DNA of 42,497 nt from a virus (lineage: Duplodnaviria; Caudoviricetes). Positions 19,083-28,090 of the stretch are shown here, in pieces. The stretch is taken from the IMG/VR virus record IMGVR_UViG_3300032421_000009, positions 1-42,497 of that record; one strand, given 5' to 3'. Position numbers and translations under genes: made by a program. The notes beneath the pieces are model-generated. The model made no database searches, was not told the origin of the DNA, and worked only from the letters and a program-made list of their open reading frames with translations. Within the stretch, counting starts at the first letter, position 1. The number at the start of each line of letters is the position of its first letter.

Positions 19083-21065
19083 ATGGCCGAGCCACCGACC
19101 TACCCGCACATCATTGTATTCGAGACCGCCGAGACGCAGCGGCTGTTCGTGCCTGCGGAGGTGGAGCCGGAGCCGCCCGATCCACCCGATCCGCCGGACC
19201 CGGAGGAGCCACCACCGGACGACGGCGAGGCGCGCGCCACAATCCGCATGGGCGGCAACGATTACGTGTTCCTCGCCAGCGAGGGCCAGGCGCTCGACAG
19301 CTACACCGACCCGGACGGCAGGTTCGTCATGGACAACGTGCTGTGCGTGAATCCCGGCTTGCCGCACATGCTGGCGTTCTACCGCCCGGACAGGTCCGGC
19401 GGCCGCGAAGAGTGGGTGTTCGAGCACGGCCAGCCACGCGCCACCGCACAGGCCGCCAACCTTCCCGCCTACACCGCCACCATCACGCGCCGCGACGGCT
19501 CCACAGCCACCGTAGAGGCCACCAGCGGGCACTACTGGTTTGGGCGCTGGCGCTGGCAGTCGGCACCGCGCCCGGTGCGTCGCACCTACGCACAGCTCGT
19601 GGCGCAGAACCTCATCCCGCCGCTCGACACGACCGGGCTGGCGAAAGGCCCGATCCTGTCGGTGAGCGCCTACAAGCCGATGGCGACGTGTGGCATGCCG
19701 GGCAATCAGGGCCAGACCGGCGGCTACCCAGGACTGGGCATCATCACGGGATGGCAGGCGCAGTACCTCGTGCGCAACGCCCCGGAGACTCCGTGGCGCG
19801 ATCAGGCCGAGGCAATCAACAGCTATCCGTGCGTGGTGCGCGATCCCGAGACGCTTGCCCCAGCGCCAGGTGATATCGTGGACGACTTCCCCGGCGCCAA
19901 CATGTACAGCAGCAGCGAGGGCACGCCCTACATCGCCAAAGGCCCCAGCCCGCTGCGGACGGACCAAGGGCATCTGCCCTCTGCGGTGTATATACCTTTC
20001 CTGCTGACCGGCGATCCGTACTATCTGGAGGCAATGCAATTCACGACGAATTACCAGCAGCTTTCGCTACCCAGTGATTCGCGCTGCATGGTGATGGGAC
20101 GATACTGGGCGTGGCCGACCCGAGCCATCGCGGAATGCGTCGTCGCAACGCCCGCCGTGGTGCCGTCGTGGTTGTTGCCGAGGTCGTACTGGGAGCATTG
20201 GCTGGAGGTGAACCGGGGCCACGTCGAGACGCGGATGGCGAACGCCTCTGACCCGTATTACTACGTTTTCCATACGATCTACGAGAGCGGCCAGTCGTCG
20301 GAACTGGACCCCAACCGGTCGGGCGATCATGTCTGGCAGCAGGCCTTTGTGGACCTGACCGCGGCGTGGATCGCATCCTGGCGGCCGGAGTGGGTCGAGC
20401 CGGCCGAGTGGCTCATGCACTCCAGCATCGACCGCGCCTCGGCGACCAGCGGCTGGTGCCGGACGCGCTGCGCGCCGTACCACATCCGCATGCAGAATGC
20501 TTCGGTATTGGCGACGGCGATGACGAAATCGAGCTGCGAGCTGACGATCAAATATGTGCAGCAATTCCTGCCCGGCATGAGCGTGACGATTGACAGCGAG
20601 ACGCTGACGCTGGGCGACAGCGCGGACGGATTGACGTGGGAAATCGCATCGAGGCCGAAGCCGGCGGACCACGCCATCAACAAGCCGGTGTATGGCGCCA
20701 AGTGCCTGAGCTGGCGCGAGGCGACGGATCTCAACGTGCTGACCTATGGTTGGGATGTCGCGGCGGACGGCGACCAGTTGCCCGCCAATACGACCGACCT
20801 GACGTATCCCAGTTATCAGCGCGCGGCGCTCGCCCAGGCGCTGCACAGCGGGCTGGAGGTGCCTGGCCTGGCCGACGCCTATGCGTGGCTCGACGGCGAG
20901 GTGCGGCGGCTGGTGAGCAGCAAAAACCTGCCGGTCGGCGACAACTGGGCCGTGGTGCCCGGGACCGCAACGCGCCGGCGGCATCACCGGCGGTCAGACC
21001 GGACGGATCTGCAGCGGAACGCCAAGCTGCAGGACATCATCGACGCCATCCGCGGCGAAGACTGA
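19083..21065 (+). CDS. Large protein, possible alpha/alpha-toroid polysaccharide lyase/hydrolase-like
   Basis: 660 aa; Pro/Asp linker; DQGHLPSAVYIPFLLTGDPYYLEAMQF and RYWAWPTR resemble YetA/exo-rhamnogalacturonan lyase-like proteins (by recall). Confidence 0.45.
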   Translation: MAEPPTYPHIIVFETAETQRLFVPAEVEPEPPDPPDPPDPEEPPPDDGEARATIRMGGNDYVFLASEGQALDSYTDPDGRFVMDNVLCVNPGLPHMLAFYRPDRSGGREEWVFEHGQPRATAQAANLPAYTATITRRDGSTATVEATSGHYWFGRWRWQSAPRPVRRTYAQLVAQNLIPPLDTTGLAKGPILSVSAYKPMATCGMPGNQGQTGGYPGLGIITGWQAQYLVRNAPETPWRDQAEAINSYPCVVRDPETLAPAPGDIVDDFPGANMYSSSEGTPYIAKGPSPLRTDQGHLPSAVYIPFLLTGDPYYLEAMQFTTNYQQLSLPSDSRCMVMGRYWAWPTRAIAECVVATPAVVPSWLLPRSYWEHWLEVNRGHVETRMANASDPYYYVFHTIYESGQSSELDPNRSGDHVWQQAFVDLTAAWIASWRPEWVEPAEWLMHSSIDRASATSGWCRTRCAPYHIRMQNASVLATAMTKSSCELTIKYVQQFLPGMSVTIDSETLTLGDSADGLTWEIASRPKPADHAINKPVYGAKCLSWREATDLNVLTYGWDVAADGDQLPANTTDLTYPSYQRAALAQALHSGLEVPGLADAYAWLDGEVRRLVSSKNLPVGDNWAVVPGTATRRRHHRRSDRTDLQRNAKLQDIIDAIRGED

Positions 21066-21066
21066 T

Positions 21067-21318
21067 GTGGCCGGGCGGCCGCCGTTCTCGATGCTGCGGG
21101 CGTGCTTTGCCTTGTTCGGCGTCGTGGTACTGCTTCAATGCATCTGGGTAAGCATTGCGGCATTGACGTGCGTCATACTGATTTACCAGCGCGCCTACCC
21201 GCTCGGTGCCTGTGCTGACCTTGGCACGCGCGCATCGGGCGTCTTCTCGGAGGCCTTGGCCGGCATCCTGGCGCTGATCATTGCCGCGCGCGAGCCGCCA
21301 TCGGATGAGGAAAAATAG
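21067..21318 (+). CDS. Small two-TM membrane protein (holin-like?)
   Basis: Two hydrophobic segments and a charged C-terminus. Confidence 0.45.
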   Translation: MAGRPPFSMLRACFALFGVVVLLQCIWVSIAALTCVILIYQRAYPLGACADLGTRASGVFSEALAGILALIIAAREPPSDEEK

Positions 21319-21386
21319 GGGCCGGGGTTGGTTACACATCGGGGGGATGCGCCCCGGCCCAAGTTGCTTGTCTTCCGCCGCGCAGC

Positions 21387-22208
21387 TTATGCCGGCACCG
21401 ATTCCGGGTCCAGCGCGCTCTCGTCCTCGTCCTCATTCGGCGGCTCAGCCCAGATGCGATTCACCATCGCCTTGCGTGCGGCCAGTGCCCGCTGGCGCGC
21501 GCTCTCGTTGATGACCAGCGCCGGATCATCCAGCCGCAGCACCCGCTCTTCGTTCAGGATCGCGTTGGCCTGCTCTTCGGTCTCGGCCCGCTGGCAGCGC
21601 AGCTCGAAGTCATCGAGCCACTGGCGCAGCGTCATCTTCTGCACGCCGGGCTGCTGCTCCAACGGCACTTCGCTGTTGATCTGCTCGCGACGTGTCTGAA
21701 CCGGTGGCCGTTCATCGGCATCGAACACAGCCGCGCCCGGCAGCGTGTCCAGTTCATCCTCGCTCAACAGGCCCAGCCCGCAGATCGAAAGCGTCACCCG
21801 GCGCTTGGCCTTGGTGAGACACTTCATCAGCGCATTAGCCCGGCCGTCGCCCTGTAGCTGTCCAAGCGTCACGGCGCCGATGTCCTCATCTTCCCTGCCG
21901 TCTGGTGTCCTGGCCCGCACCGTGACGATGTAAACGTCGCCGTCCTGCTGTTTGTCGATCACCGCCAGATTGATCTTGTGGAGCTTGCGGAGCTGATCCG
22001 TGCAGTCGCGCGTCGCGTACATCTGGATCTGGCCATTGAGTTGCAGGAACCTGAATGGCCGGGTCAATGGATTGAGGCCAAGCGATTGACAGGTGCGGGC
22101 CATGAACTCAACCCGCTGGCCGGTTGTCAGTTTGGAGAGGTCGCCTGTACCGAGCACATGCTCCAGCGTCTGAGCCGAGACGGTTTCCTGTGTCGTGACT
22201 GCGTTCAT
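21387..22208 (-). CDS. Single-strand annealing recombinase (RecT/Redbeta/Erf-like)
   Basis: CQSLGLNPLTRP...ALMKCLTKAKRRVTLSICGLG..EDE motifs; early leftward operon. Confidence 0.7.
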   Translation of the reverse strand: MNAVTTQETVSAQTLEHVLGTGDLSKLTTGQRVEFMARTCQSLGLNPLTRPFRFLQLNGQIQMYATRDCTDQLRKLHKINLAVIDKQQDGDVYIVTVRARTPDGREDEDIGAVTLGQLQGDGRANALMKCLTKAKRRVTLSICGLGLLSEDELDTLPGAAVFDADERPPVQTRREQINSEVPLEQQPGVQKMTLRQWLDDFELRCQRAETEEQANAILNEERVLRLDDPALVINESARQRALAARKAMVNRIWAEPPNEDEDESALDPESVPA

Positions 22209-22534
22209 AGCGACTGGCTTTCTGTGGCTTTGCGGAACTGCCGCGCTGGGATGATCTCGCCGTGCTCATCGACACCGCTCAGCACGACGCGCGTGACCTG
22301 CACAGGGAAGGTATATTCGTCGGTGATGCCGGGATGGTTAGCGCGCAGTTCTTTCCAGTCCACGCGCTCCTGCTGCACCGTCTTCACCTCGGCGATCCAG
22401 GAGGCGCCGGTGCGCGTGTCGGGGTCCGAGAGCAGGATGCCGCGGATCGCCGCCTCGCGCTCCTCCAGGCGTTTGATGTCGGCGCGGACCTGCGCCAACT
22501 CATCTGGCAGCGGGAGGTTGGGCCGGTCGCTCAC
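22205..22534 (-). CDS. Hypothetical protein next to the recombinase
   Basis: Coupled ORF; coiled coil and RVDWKELR motif. Confidence 0.6.
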   Translation of the reverse strand: MSDRPNLPLPDELAQVRADIKRLEEREAAIRGILLSDPDTRTGASWIAEVKTVQQERVDWKELRANHPGITDEYTFPVQVTRVVLSGVDEHGEIIPARQFRKATESQSL

Positions 22535-22767
22535 GCCGCGCCCTCCATCTCGCGCTGTGCCGGCTCAGGCGCCTCCGGGGGCGTCTCCACGAGCCGTGGC
22601 GCCCGCTGGCGGCGCACCCGCGGCTTGCCGGTCAGCGCCGCCACAACCTCGCGGGTGGCCTCCAGGCGGGTCTGCAGGATCGTCATCTCGATCTCCAGCG
22701 CCCGCTCGTCGGCGCGGGCACGCTCCAGCAGGGCGGCGGCGTTGGTGAGCAGATCGGCGTTTTCCAT
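22531..22767 (-). CDS. Hypothetical coiled-coil protein
   Basis: MENADLL start, GGAGG SD, TGATG coupling. Confidence 0.6.
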   Translation of the reverse strand: MENADLLTNAAALLERARADERALEIEMTILQTRLEATREVVAALTGKPRVRRQRAPRLVETPPEAPEPAQREMEGAA

Positions 22768-23126
22768 CACGCGTCCTCCCTCAGATCCACACTGTCGTAT
22801 GGCTCGACCGCCTCGTCGCAGCAGGGGCAGAAGCTCGCGCAATCGAAGGCGGCGTATTCGTCCCACTCCATCGGGCACGCATCGCAAAAATAGTGGTTGT
22901 GCCAGGCGGAATTGGTTGCATCCGCAGCATTATCGGTAACCAAATGACTATTTGGTGCGGCTGCATTTCCCGCGTCGGGAAGCAGACGGCCACTTTCCGC
23001 GTAGCACGATTGTGGCAGACGGATTACCGTCGCGGCGGGCGCGACTATCCCGCCACCTGGGCGCTCGGTAACTGAACGCCCTCGCCGGTCCCGTCGGTAA
23101 TCAACAAGGGGAATACTATGCCGCAC
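22767..23126 (-). CDS. Zn-ribbon-containing hypothetical protein
   Basis: CDAC...CPCC; start uncertain. Confidence 0.5.
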   Translation of the reverse strand: MRHSIPLVDYRRDRRGRSVTERPGGGIVAPAATVIRLPQSCYAESGRLLPDAGNAAAPNSHLVTDNAADATNSAWHNHYFCDACPMEWDEYAAFDCASFCPCCDEAVEPYDSVDLREDA

Positions 23127-23155
23127 GTCATGACCTCCAGATCTGGAGGCATTAT

Positions 23156-23191
23156 AGCAGCTAATTTGTCATGTGCGACAGAAAAGTTGTC
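23156..23191. promoter_or_regulatory. Left operators (OL-like), GACA-N7-TGTC
   Basis: AGCA-GCTAATT-TGTC (23156-23170) and GACA-GAAAAGT-TGTC (23177-23191) in AT-rich DNA downstream of the repressor. Confidence 0.6.
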
Positions 23192-23211
23192 TGATGGGGA
23201 ATGTTGTTACG

Positions 23212-23601
23212 TCAGGCGGCGCGTGCCTCCGATCGCCGCGAGGCCTTCGCCTGTCCCTTCTTCCGCTCCGAGTCGTCCTCCGGTCCAACCTCCGGCAATT
23301 CCAGTTTCTGCCTGAATGCCTCTACGAAAATCGCCAGTTCGCGGGCTAGCTGCCCTGGCACCAGCCGGTCATTGTTGAAGTAGACCCACTCCAGGGTGAT
23401 GCCGGGTAAAAGCTTCTGGAGTGCGTAGACCGTCTCGTAGCGGGGCAGCACGTAGCCGTTGACTGAGTTGGACAGGCGCTCGCGTCGCATGCCCAGTTCC
23501 GCAGCCGTGTTCTCTACTGACAAGCCGAGCTTTCGCAGGATCGCGCGCATGCGCAATCCAACCTCTTTTGGGTTGGGCTTTTCCATCATGTCCGTCACCA
23601 C
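23212..23601 (-). CDS. CI-like XRE HTH repressor
   Basis: VGLRMRAILRKLGLSVENTAAELGMRRERLSNSVNG...TLEWVYF; divergent from the cro-like gene. Confidence 0.8.
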   Translation of the reverse strand: MVTDMMEKPNPKEVGLRMRAILRKLGLSVENTAAELGMRRERLSNSVNGYVLPRYETVYALQKLLPGITLEWVYFNNDRLVPGQLARELAIFVEAFRQKLELPEVGPEDDSERKKGQAKASRRSEARAA

Positions 23602-23644
23602 TGGTTACCACCGCTTCGCCACGCGGCCCCTGAGTATTGCACGT

Positions 23645-23702
23645 CGACAGATTATCTGTCGCCGCCCGTCTTGGCCATCATCTTGCCGGCAAATCTCTTG
23701 TC
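23645..23702. promoter_or_regulatory. Right operators (OR-like), GACA-N7-TGTC
   Basis: Perfect palindrome CGACAGAT-T-ATCTGTCG (23645-23661) and GGCA-AATCTCT-TGTC (23688-23702) between the divergent regulators. Confidence 0.65.
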
Positions 23703-23715
23703 AGGCTAGTATGTC

Positions 23716-23943
23716 ATGACAATGACGACGGCCAAGCTGTTCCGGCTGTTTGGGGGACGGGAGATCGTGATGGCTGTAACCGGCGCCACCCGGCAGGCGG
23801 CGAACCACTGGATGCACAACGGGGTGCCTTACCGGCACTGGCCGGCGATCCGTGCTGCGGCGGCTGACGCTGGCATTCCGGGCATCACCGACGCGGTGCT
23901 GGCCTCCACGCGGCCGCGGTCGCGCCGGAAGGCCGCCGAATGA
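23716..23943 (+). CDS. Cro-like HTH regulator
   Basis: LFGGREIVMAVTGATRQAANHWMHNGVPYRHW. Confidence 0.75.
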   Translation: MTMTTAKLFRLFGGREIVMAVTGATRQAANHWMHNGVPYRHWPAIRAAAADAGIPGITDAVLASTRPRSRRKAAE

Positions 23944-24416
23944 GCGTCCACAACCCAGGGCGCCAGCCGCATGAGTGGGGCGAGGCCGCCACGGCGCAAC
24001 TGCGCCAGCGCTGGGCGGACGGCGCGGTAACCGCGCTGATCGGCGCCGAGCTTGGCATCAGCAAATCGGCGGTGGTCGGCAAGGCGCGTCGGCTGGGTCT
24101 GCCGCCGCGGGCCTCGCCGATCCATGCCGCCGGCGAGCCTCCGGTGGTGCGCCCCCGCAAGCGCCCGACGCTGCCGGCGCTGGCCGCACCCGCACCGAAA
24201 CCACCGCCGCCGCCTGTGGTGGTTGCGCCGCCGCCGCCGGTCGAGCCTGTGGCGCCGCGGGGCTGCCAGTATCCGCGTGGCAGCCGGCCGCACTGGGCCT
24301 GGTGCGACGCGGCGGTCGTCGGCAGCGGGCCGTACTGCGCGGCGCATCGGGCGGTCTGTTACCTGCGGCCCGGCACCCGCGCCTGGATGCAGGAACGCGC
24401 TGAGGAGGCGGCATGA
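23940..24416 (+). CDS. gcrA: GcrA-family cell-cycle transcription regulator
   Basis: W..LRQRWADG...IGAELGISKSAVVGKARRLGLPPR HTH and C-terminal CQYP...WC...PYCAAH. Confidence 0.85.
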   Translation: MSVHNPGRQPHEWGEAATAQLRQRWADGAVTALIGAELGISKSAVVGKARRLGLPPRASPIHAAGEPPVVRPRKRPTLPALAAPAPKPPPPPVVVAPPPPVEPVAPRGCQYPRGSRPHWAWCDAAVVGSGPYCAAHRAVCYLRPGTRAWMQERAEEAA

Positions 24417-25024
24417 TCGCTGCGCTCTATGTCGATCCGGCCGGCTGCTATGCGGGTATCGACGGCGTGGAGCTGTGGGACGAGGCCCGCGATGCCCGGC
24501 GCTACGGTGGCGTGTGGCCGGTGGTGGCACATCCGCCCTGCCAGCGCTGGGGGCGGTTCTGGCACGGTTCGCCACTGAGGCCGCATCAGTTTGAACTGGG
24601 CGACGATGGTGGCTGCTTCGCCGCGGCACTGGCGGCGGTGCGCCGCTGGGGCGGCGTGCTGGAGCATCCGGCGCACAGCCACGCGTGGCTCGCGCACGGG
24701 CTGCCGTGGCCGCCGGCCGGCGGTGGCTGGCAGCGGGACATTCACGGCGGCTGGTGCTGTCAGGTCGAGCAGGGCTTCTACGGCCACGCCGCCCGCAAGC
24801 CTACGTGGCTGTATGCCGTGGGCGTCGGCGAGCCGCCGGCGCTGCACTGGGGCCGGGGTGAACAGCGGCTCGATCCGGTGATGCTTCAGCGTCACGGCTA
24901 CGCCAGGGCGCGTCGCTGCGGGCTGGTCGCGATGGCTGGCGGCAAGCGCAAGACGGAGATCAGGAACGCGACGCCACCGGCATTCCGCGACGTGCTGCTG
25001 GCGATTGCGCGGGAGGCAGCATGA
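24413..25024 (+). CDS. C5-cytosine methyltransferase-like protein (atypical/short)
   Basis: VVAHPPCQ (PC motif), VLEHP, Q..YGH..RKPTWLY and TPPAF. Confidence 0.55.
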   Translation: MIAALYVDPAGCYAGIDGVELWDEARDARRYGGVWPVVAHPPCQRWGRFWHGSPLRPHQFELGDDGGCFAAALAAVRRWGGVLEHPAHSHAWLAHGLPWPPAGGGWQRDIHGGWCCQVEQGFYGHAARKPTWLYAVGVGEPPALHWGRGEQRLDPVMLQRHGYARARRCGLVAMAGGKRKTEIRNATPPAFRDVLLAIAREAA

Positions 25025-25290
25025 ACGACCGGCCCATGCGGGTGAGCGGCAGCAGCGGCAACGGCGTGCTGGCGGCGCATTCGGAGCCGGCGGTCATCTG
25101 CGGCTGCTGCGGCCAGCCGATCCCTGACCTGACGCGGCACGGCGAGGGCTGGACCAGGGAGCAGGACCAATTCATCAACTACGCCCGGTCGCACGGCTCG
25201 TCGTACAAGCTGATCGCGCACACGCTGGGCACCAGGGACCGGCTGGTGATCGGGCGCATCAACAACCTCCGCGCCAAGCGTCCGGCATGA
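25021..25290 (+). CDS. Small HTH/Myb-like DNA-binding protein
   Basis: CxxC, WTREQD...GSSYKLIAHTLG. Confidence 0.55.
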   Translation: MNDRPMRVSGSSGNGVLAAHSEPAVICGCCGQPIPDLTRHGEGWTREQDQFINYARSHGSSYKLIAHTLGTRDRLVIGRINNLRAKRPA

Positions 25291-25691
25291 GCTTCCGCCT
25301 CACCGCGCCGGTCGTGCCGGAGCACGGCATCCAGCGCCGGATCGCCAGCGTGCTGCGCATCGAGATCGGCGCTGAGGCCAAGATCAGCGAGCACGGCGTT
25401 ACCTGGTTCTGCATCGACCACGCGAACCACCACGGCGAGGTGCCGGGCATCCGCGTCGGTCGCGGCATTCCGCCGGGCATCTTCGACATGCTGGTGCTGT
25501 ATCAGGGCCGCGCGTTCTGGATCGAGCTGAAGAGCCGCAACGGCACGGTGTCCGATCCGCAGCGGTCGATGGCGGCGACGCTGCTGCTGTCGGGCTGCCG
25601 CATCGGCATCGCTCGCGATGAGGACGAGGTGCTGAGCTGCCTCGATGAATGGCAGATCCCGCGCAAGCGCCGGGTCAGGGTGGCGGCATGA
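25287..25691 (+). CDS. VRR-NUC-family nuclease
   Basis: EHGIQ...GIFDMLVL...WIELKSRNGTVSDPQ (PD-(D/E)xK). Confidence 0.8.
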   Translation: MSFRLTAPVVPEHGIQRRIASVLRIEIGAEAKISEHGVTWFCIDHANHHGEVPGIRVGRGIPPGIFDMLVLYQGRAFWIELKSRNGTVSDPQRSMAATLLLSGCRIGIARDEDEVLSCLDEWQIPRKRRVRVAA

Positions 25692-25903
25692 CCAGCCAGG
25701 CGCCGTGGAAGGGCTGGCTCCGCAAGGGCGATACGGCAGGCACGGTCACCGGAGAACTGGTTGATTCCTGGGGTTGGCGCGTGGCGTTGACCGGCACATT
25801 CGTCGCAACCTCGGGGTCCTATGCGCTGACCGGCGTTCTTGGAGAGCCTCCGTCGAGCCTCGTTATCGGGGCGATTGACGAAGAAGCGGAGCCACCGAAG
25901 TGA
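25688..25903 (+). CDS. Hypothetical protein
   Basis: ATGA-coupled ORF. Confidence 0.55.
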   Translation: MTSQAPWKGWLRKGDTAGTVTGELVDSWGWRVALTGTFVATSGSYALTGVLGEPPSSLVIGAIDEEAEPPK

Positions 25904-26033
25904 CCCCGCCCCACCCACGCCTAGCCGTTGCCGGACGAGCCGTCACGCGCCTCGCCGCCGTGACCAGCCTGGACCTGCCTTGCGTGGTCCCGCCGCGCCA
26001 TGCCGTCGCCACGCTAACCCTGGGGAGGAAGTA

Positions 26034-26342
26034 ATGCCATCCAGCTTGACTGCGGAACAGGCGGGCATTGTGAAGGGCCTGCTGGCGCGCGGAGAAAAGC
26101 AGCATGATGTGGCGGCATTCTTCGGCGTGAATGCCGGACGGGTGGCGGAGGTCGCCAAGGGCTACAAGTTTGCCGACGTGCCACCCTCTCCCAAGCGGGA
26201 GTTGCCGACACCGGCGGTCGTCAGCCTGGGCTATTCGTCGCATGTCGTGTTGCAGGCGCTCGGTATTATCGAGATCGCAATCCAGTCGGCGCGCGCGCGC
26301 ATCCTGGCGGGGCATGATTTCGAGCAGGGCCGCAAACATTGA
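26034..26342 (+). CDS. HTH protein
   Basis: GGAGG SD; GEKQHDVAAFFGVNAGRVAEV. Confidence 0.65.
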   Translation: MPSSLTAEQAGIVKGLLARGEKQHDVAAFFGVNAGRVAEVAKGYKFADVPPSPKRELPTPAVVSLGYSSHVVLQALGIIEIAIQSARARILAGHDFEQGRKH

Positions 26343-27352
26343 GTGCGGCGCTCGATCTTGGCGTAAACGAGACAGTCGCCGAGTGGGAAAGCGAAGGGCT
26401 GGAGCTTGGCGAGCGGGAGCGTTCGGCCGCTTCGCTGATGTGGGACATTGGCGATTGGTGGAACCGCGGTGAACGCTACGGCGGGCGGGCGAAGATCGTC
26501 ACTGCCAGCGACTGGACCGGGCCAAGCTACGCCAGCTGCCGCAGGGCCGGATCAGTCGCGGAGCGTTTCGGATCTGTTAGTCGTCTAACAGATTTGAGCT
26601 TTGAGCATCACGCTATCGTCGCGCCATTGCCAGACGAGCAGGCAGTGCCCTTGCTGCAATGGTGCCGGGATGCGCCGCAGCCGCGTTCGGTGCAGGAATT
26701 GCGCACCCGCGTGAAGCAGCTTGCGCGTGCTGCGCGCGAGGCGGAACTGGGTGATGCACAGGCCGCATTGAGCGGGCGCTACGGCGTAATCTATGCGGAC
26801 CCGCCATGGCGCTTCGAGCCATACTCTCGCGAGACCGGCATGGATCGGGCGGCGGATAATCACTACCCGACCATGACGCTGGATGACATCCGTTCATTGC
26901 CGGTTCCGGCGGCCGACGATGCGGTGCTGTTTCTGTGGGCCACGTCGCCAATGCTGCCGGAAGCGATAGAGGTCATGACCGGCTGGGGGTTTACCTACAA
27001 GAGCCATTTCATCTGGGTAAAGGATCGTATTGGGACGGGCTACTGGAGCCGCAACCGCCACGAGTTGCTGTTGGTCGGAACCAGAGGCGAGATTCCGGCG
27101 CCGGCGCCCGGCGAGCAGTTCGTCTCGGTGATCAACGCGGCGGCCGGCGAGCACAGCGCCAAGCCAGCGGCATTTGCCGAGATGATCGAGGAGATGTTCC
27201 CAAGCCTGCCGGCCATCGAGCTGTTCGCGCGCGGGCCGCGGCTGGGCTGGGACGTGTGGGGCAATGAGTCAAACTGGGGAGGAACTTATGCCACTAGACC
27301 AGACCAAGACCAAAACGCGCCGGCTGAAAATTCCCAAGCTGGAACAGGATGA
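26339..27352 (+). CDS. MT-A70-family N6-adenine methyltransferase with N-terminal extension
   Basis: YGVIYADPPW, HYPTM, LFLWAT, HSAKP and IELFAR..GWDVWGNE. Confidence 0.9.
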   Translation: MSAALDLGVNETVAEWESEGLELGERERSAASLMWDIGDWWNRGERYGGRAKIVTASDWTGPSYASCRRAGSVAERFGSVSRLTDLSFEHHAIVAPLPDEQAVPLLQWCRDAPQPRSVQELRTRVKQLARAAREAELGDAQAALSGRYGVIYADPPWRFEPYSRETGMDRAADNHYPTMTLDDIRSLPVPAADDAVLFLWATSPMLPEAIEVMTGWGFTYKSHFIWVKDRIGTGYWSRNRHELLLVGTRGEIPAPAPGEQFVSVINAAAGEHSAKPAAFAEMIEEMFPSLPAIELFARGPRLGWDVWGNESNWGGTYATRPDQDQNAPAENSQAGTG

Positions 27353-27995
27353 AGTCGAAGCGCTCAAGAACGGTGCGGCACCGCCCGAGATCATCCGCGT
27401 TACCCGCCCGCGGCTGCGCATTGCCGCCATCCAGATCAAGGGCATCGCGCCCTACGTGCAGCACGCGTTCTCCGAAAAGCAGCGCAAGGCCATGGAGGAA
27501 ACGCAGCGCCAGGGCCAGCAGGCGCGCGGCAAACGGACCCGCGTGCCCAAGGATTTCGAGGCGGTGTACGAGGCCGCCAAGCACTACGCCAGGGAGGGTT
27601 GGATCGGCATTCCGGCGCCGGCCTTCCGCAATGCCTGCATCGATGCCTGCCGCCTGGTCGGCTTCAAGATGACGCACGCCAAATGCAGCATCTTCATTGA
27701 GCCGGATGGTTTCGACCGCAACGATGGCACGCCGCTGGTACGTATCCAGGGCGAACCGCGCATCCATGAGGCGTCGGTGCGCAACGAGAGCGGCGTGGCC
27801 GATATCAGGTGGCGGCCGATGTGGGAGCAATGGGGCGCCATCGTCAACGTCCAGTGGGACGAGGACCAGTTCAGCGCGACGGATGTGCTCAACCTGATGC
27901 TGCGCGCTGGCCTGCAGGTCGGCATCGGCGAGGGGCGGCCGTATAGCCCCAACTCAAACGGCATGGGTTGGGGCAGATTTGAAGTAGTGGAGTAG
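27288..27995 (+). CDS. Cas7/RAMP-like RNA-binding protein (candidate Vipr-type effector)
   Basis: RAMP-like pattern: N-terminal strand IQIKGIAPYVQH, IPAPAFRNACIDA helix, and C-terminal glycine-rich loop AGLQVGIGEGRP...GMGWGRFEV; GGGGAGGA SD; flanked by pentamer arrays. Confidence 0.7.
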   Translation: MPLDQTKTKTRRLKIPKLEQDEVEALKNGAAPPEIIRVTRPRLRIAAIQIKGIAPYVQHAFSEKQRKAMEETQRQGQQARGKRTRVPKDFEAVYEAAKHYAREGWIGIPAPAFRNACIDACRLVGFKMTHAKCSIFIEPDGFDRNDGTPLVRIQGEPRIHEASVRNESGVADIRWRPMWEQWGAIVNVQWDEDQFSATDVLNLMLRAGLQVGIGEGRPYSPNSNGMGWGRFEVVE

Positions 27996-28010
27996 TAACA
28001 ACGAACTATA

Positions 28011-28078
28011 GGCATGGCATGGCGAGGCAGGCAAGGCGGGGCATCGCGGGATTGGGCGAGGCGGGGCTTGGCGGGCAT
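28011..28078 (+). ncRNA. Short GGC-NN pentamer array (candidate guide RNA)
   Basis: ggcat ggcat ggcga GGCA ggcaa ggcgg ggcat cgcgg gattg ggcga ggcgg ggctt ggcg ggcat. Confidence 0.65.
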
Positions 28079-28090
28079 GGAGTGAGGTTG

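Noticed and set aside
21318-21360. GGGGCCGGGG...CCCCGGCCC stem between convergent genes as an intrinsic terminator
   Set aside because: The loop is large and only a short T-run is available on the minus strand; too weak to call.
28019-28090. N-terminal extension of the partner gene from the ATG at 28019
   Set aside because: The extension is only the translated mini-array; the ATG at 28091 has its own SD.
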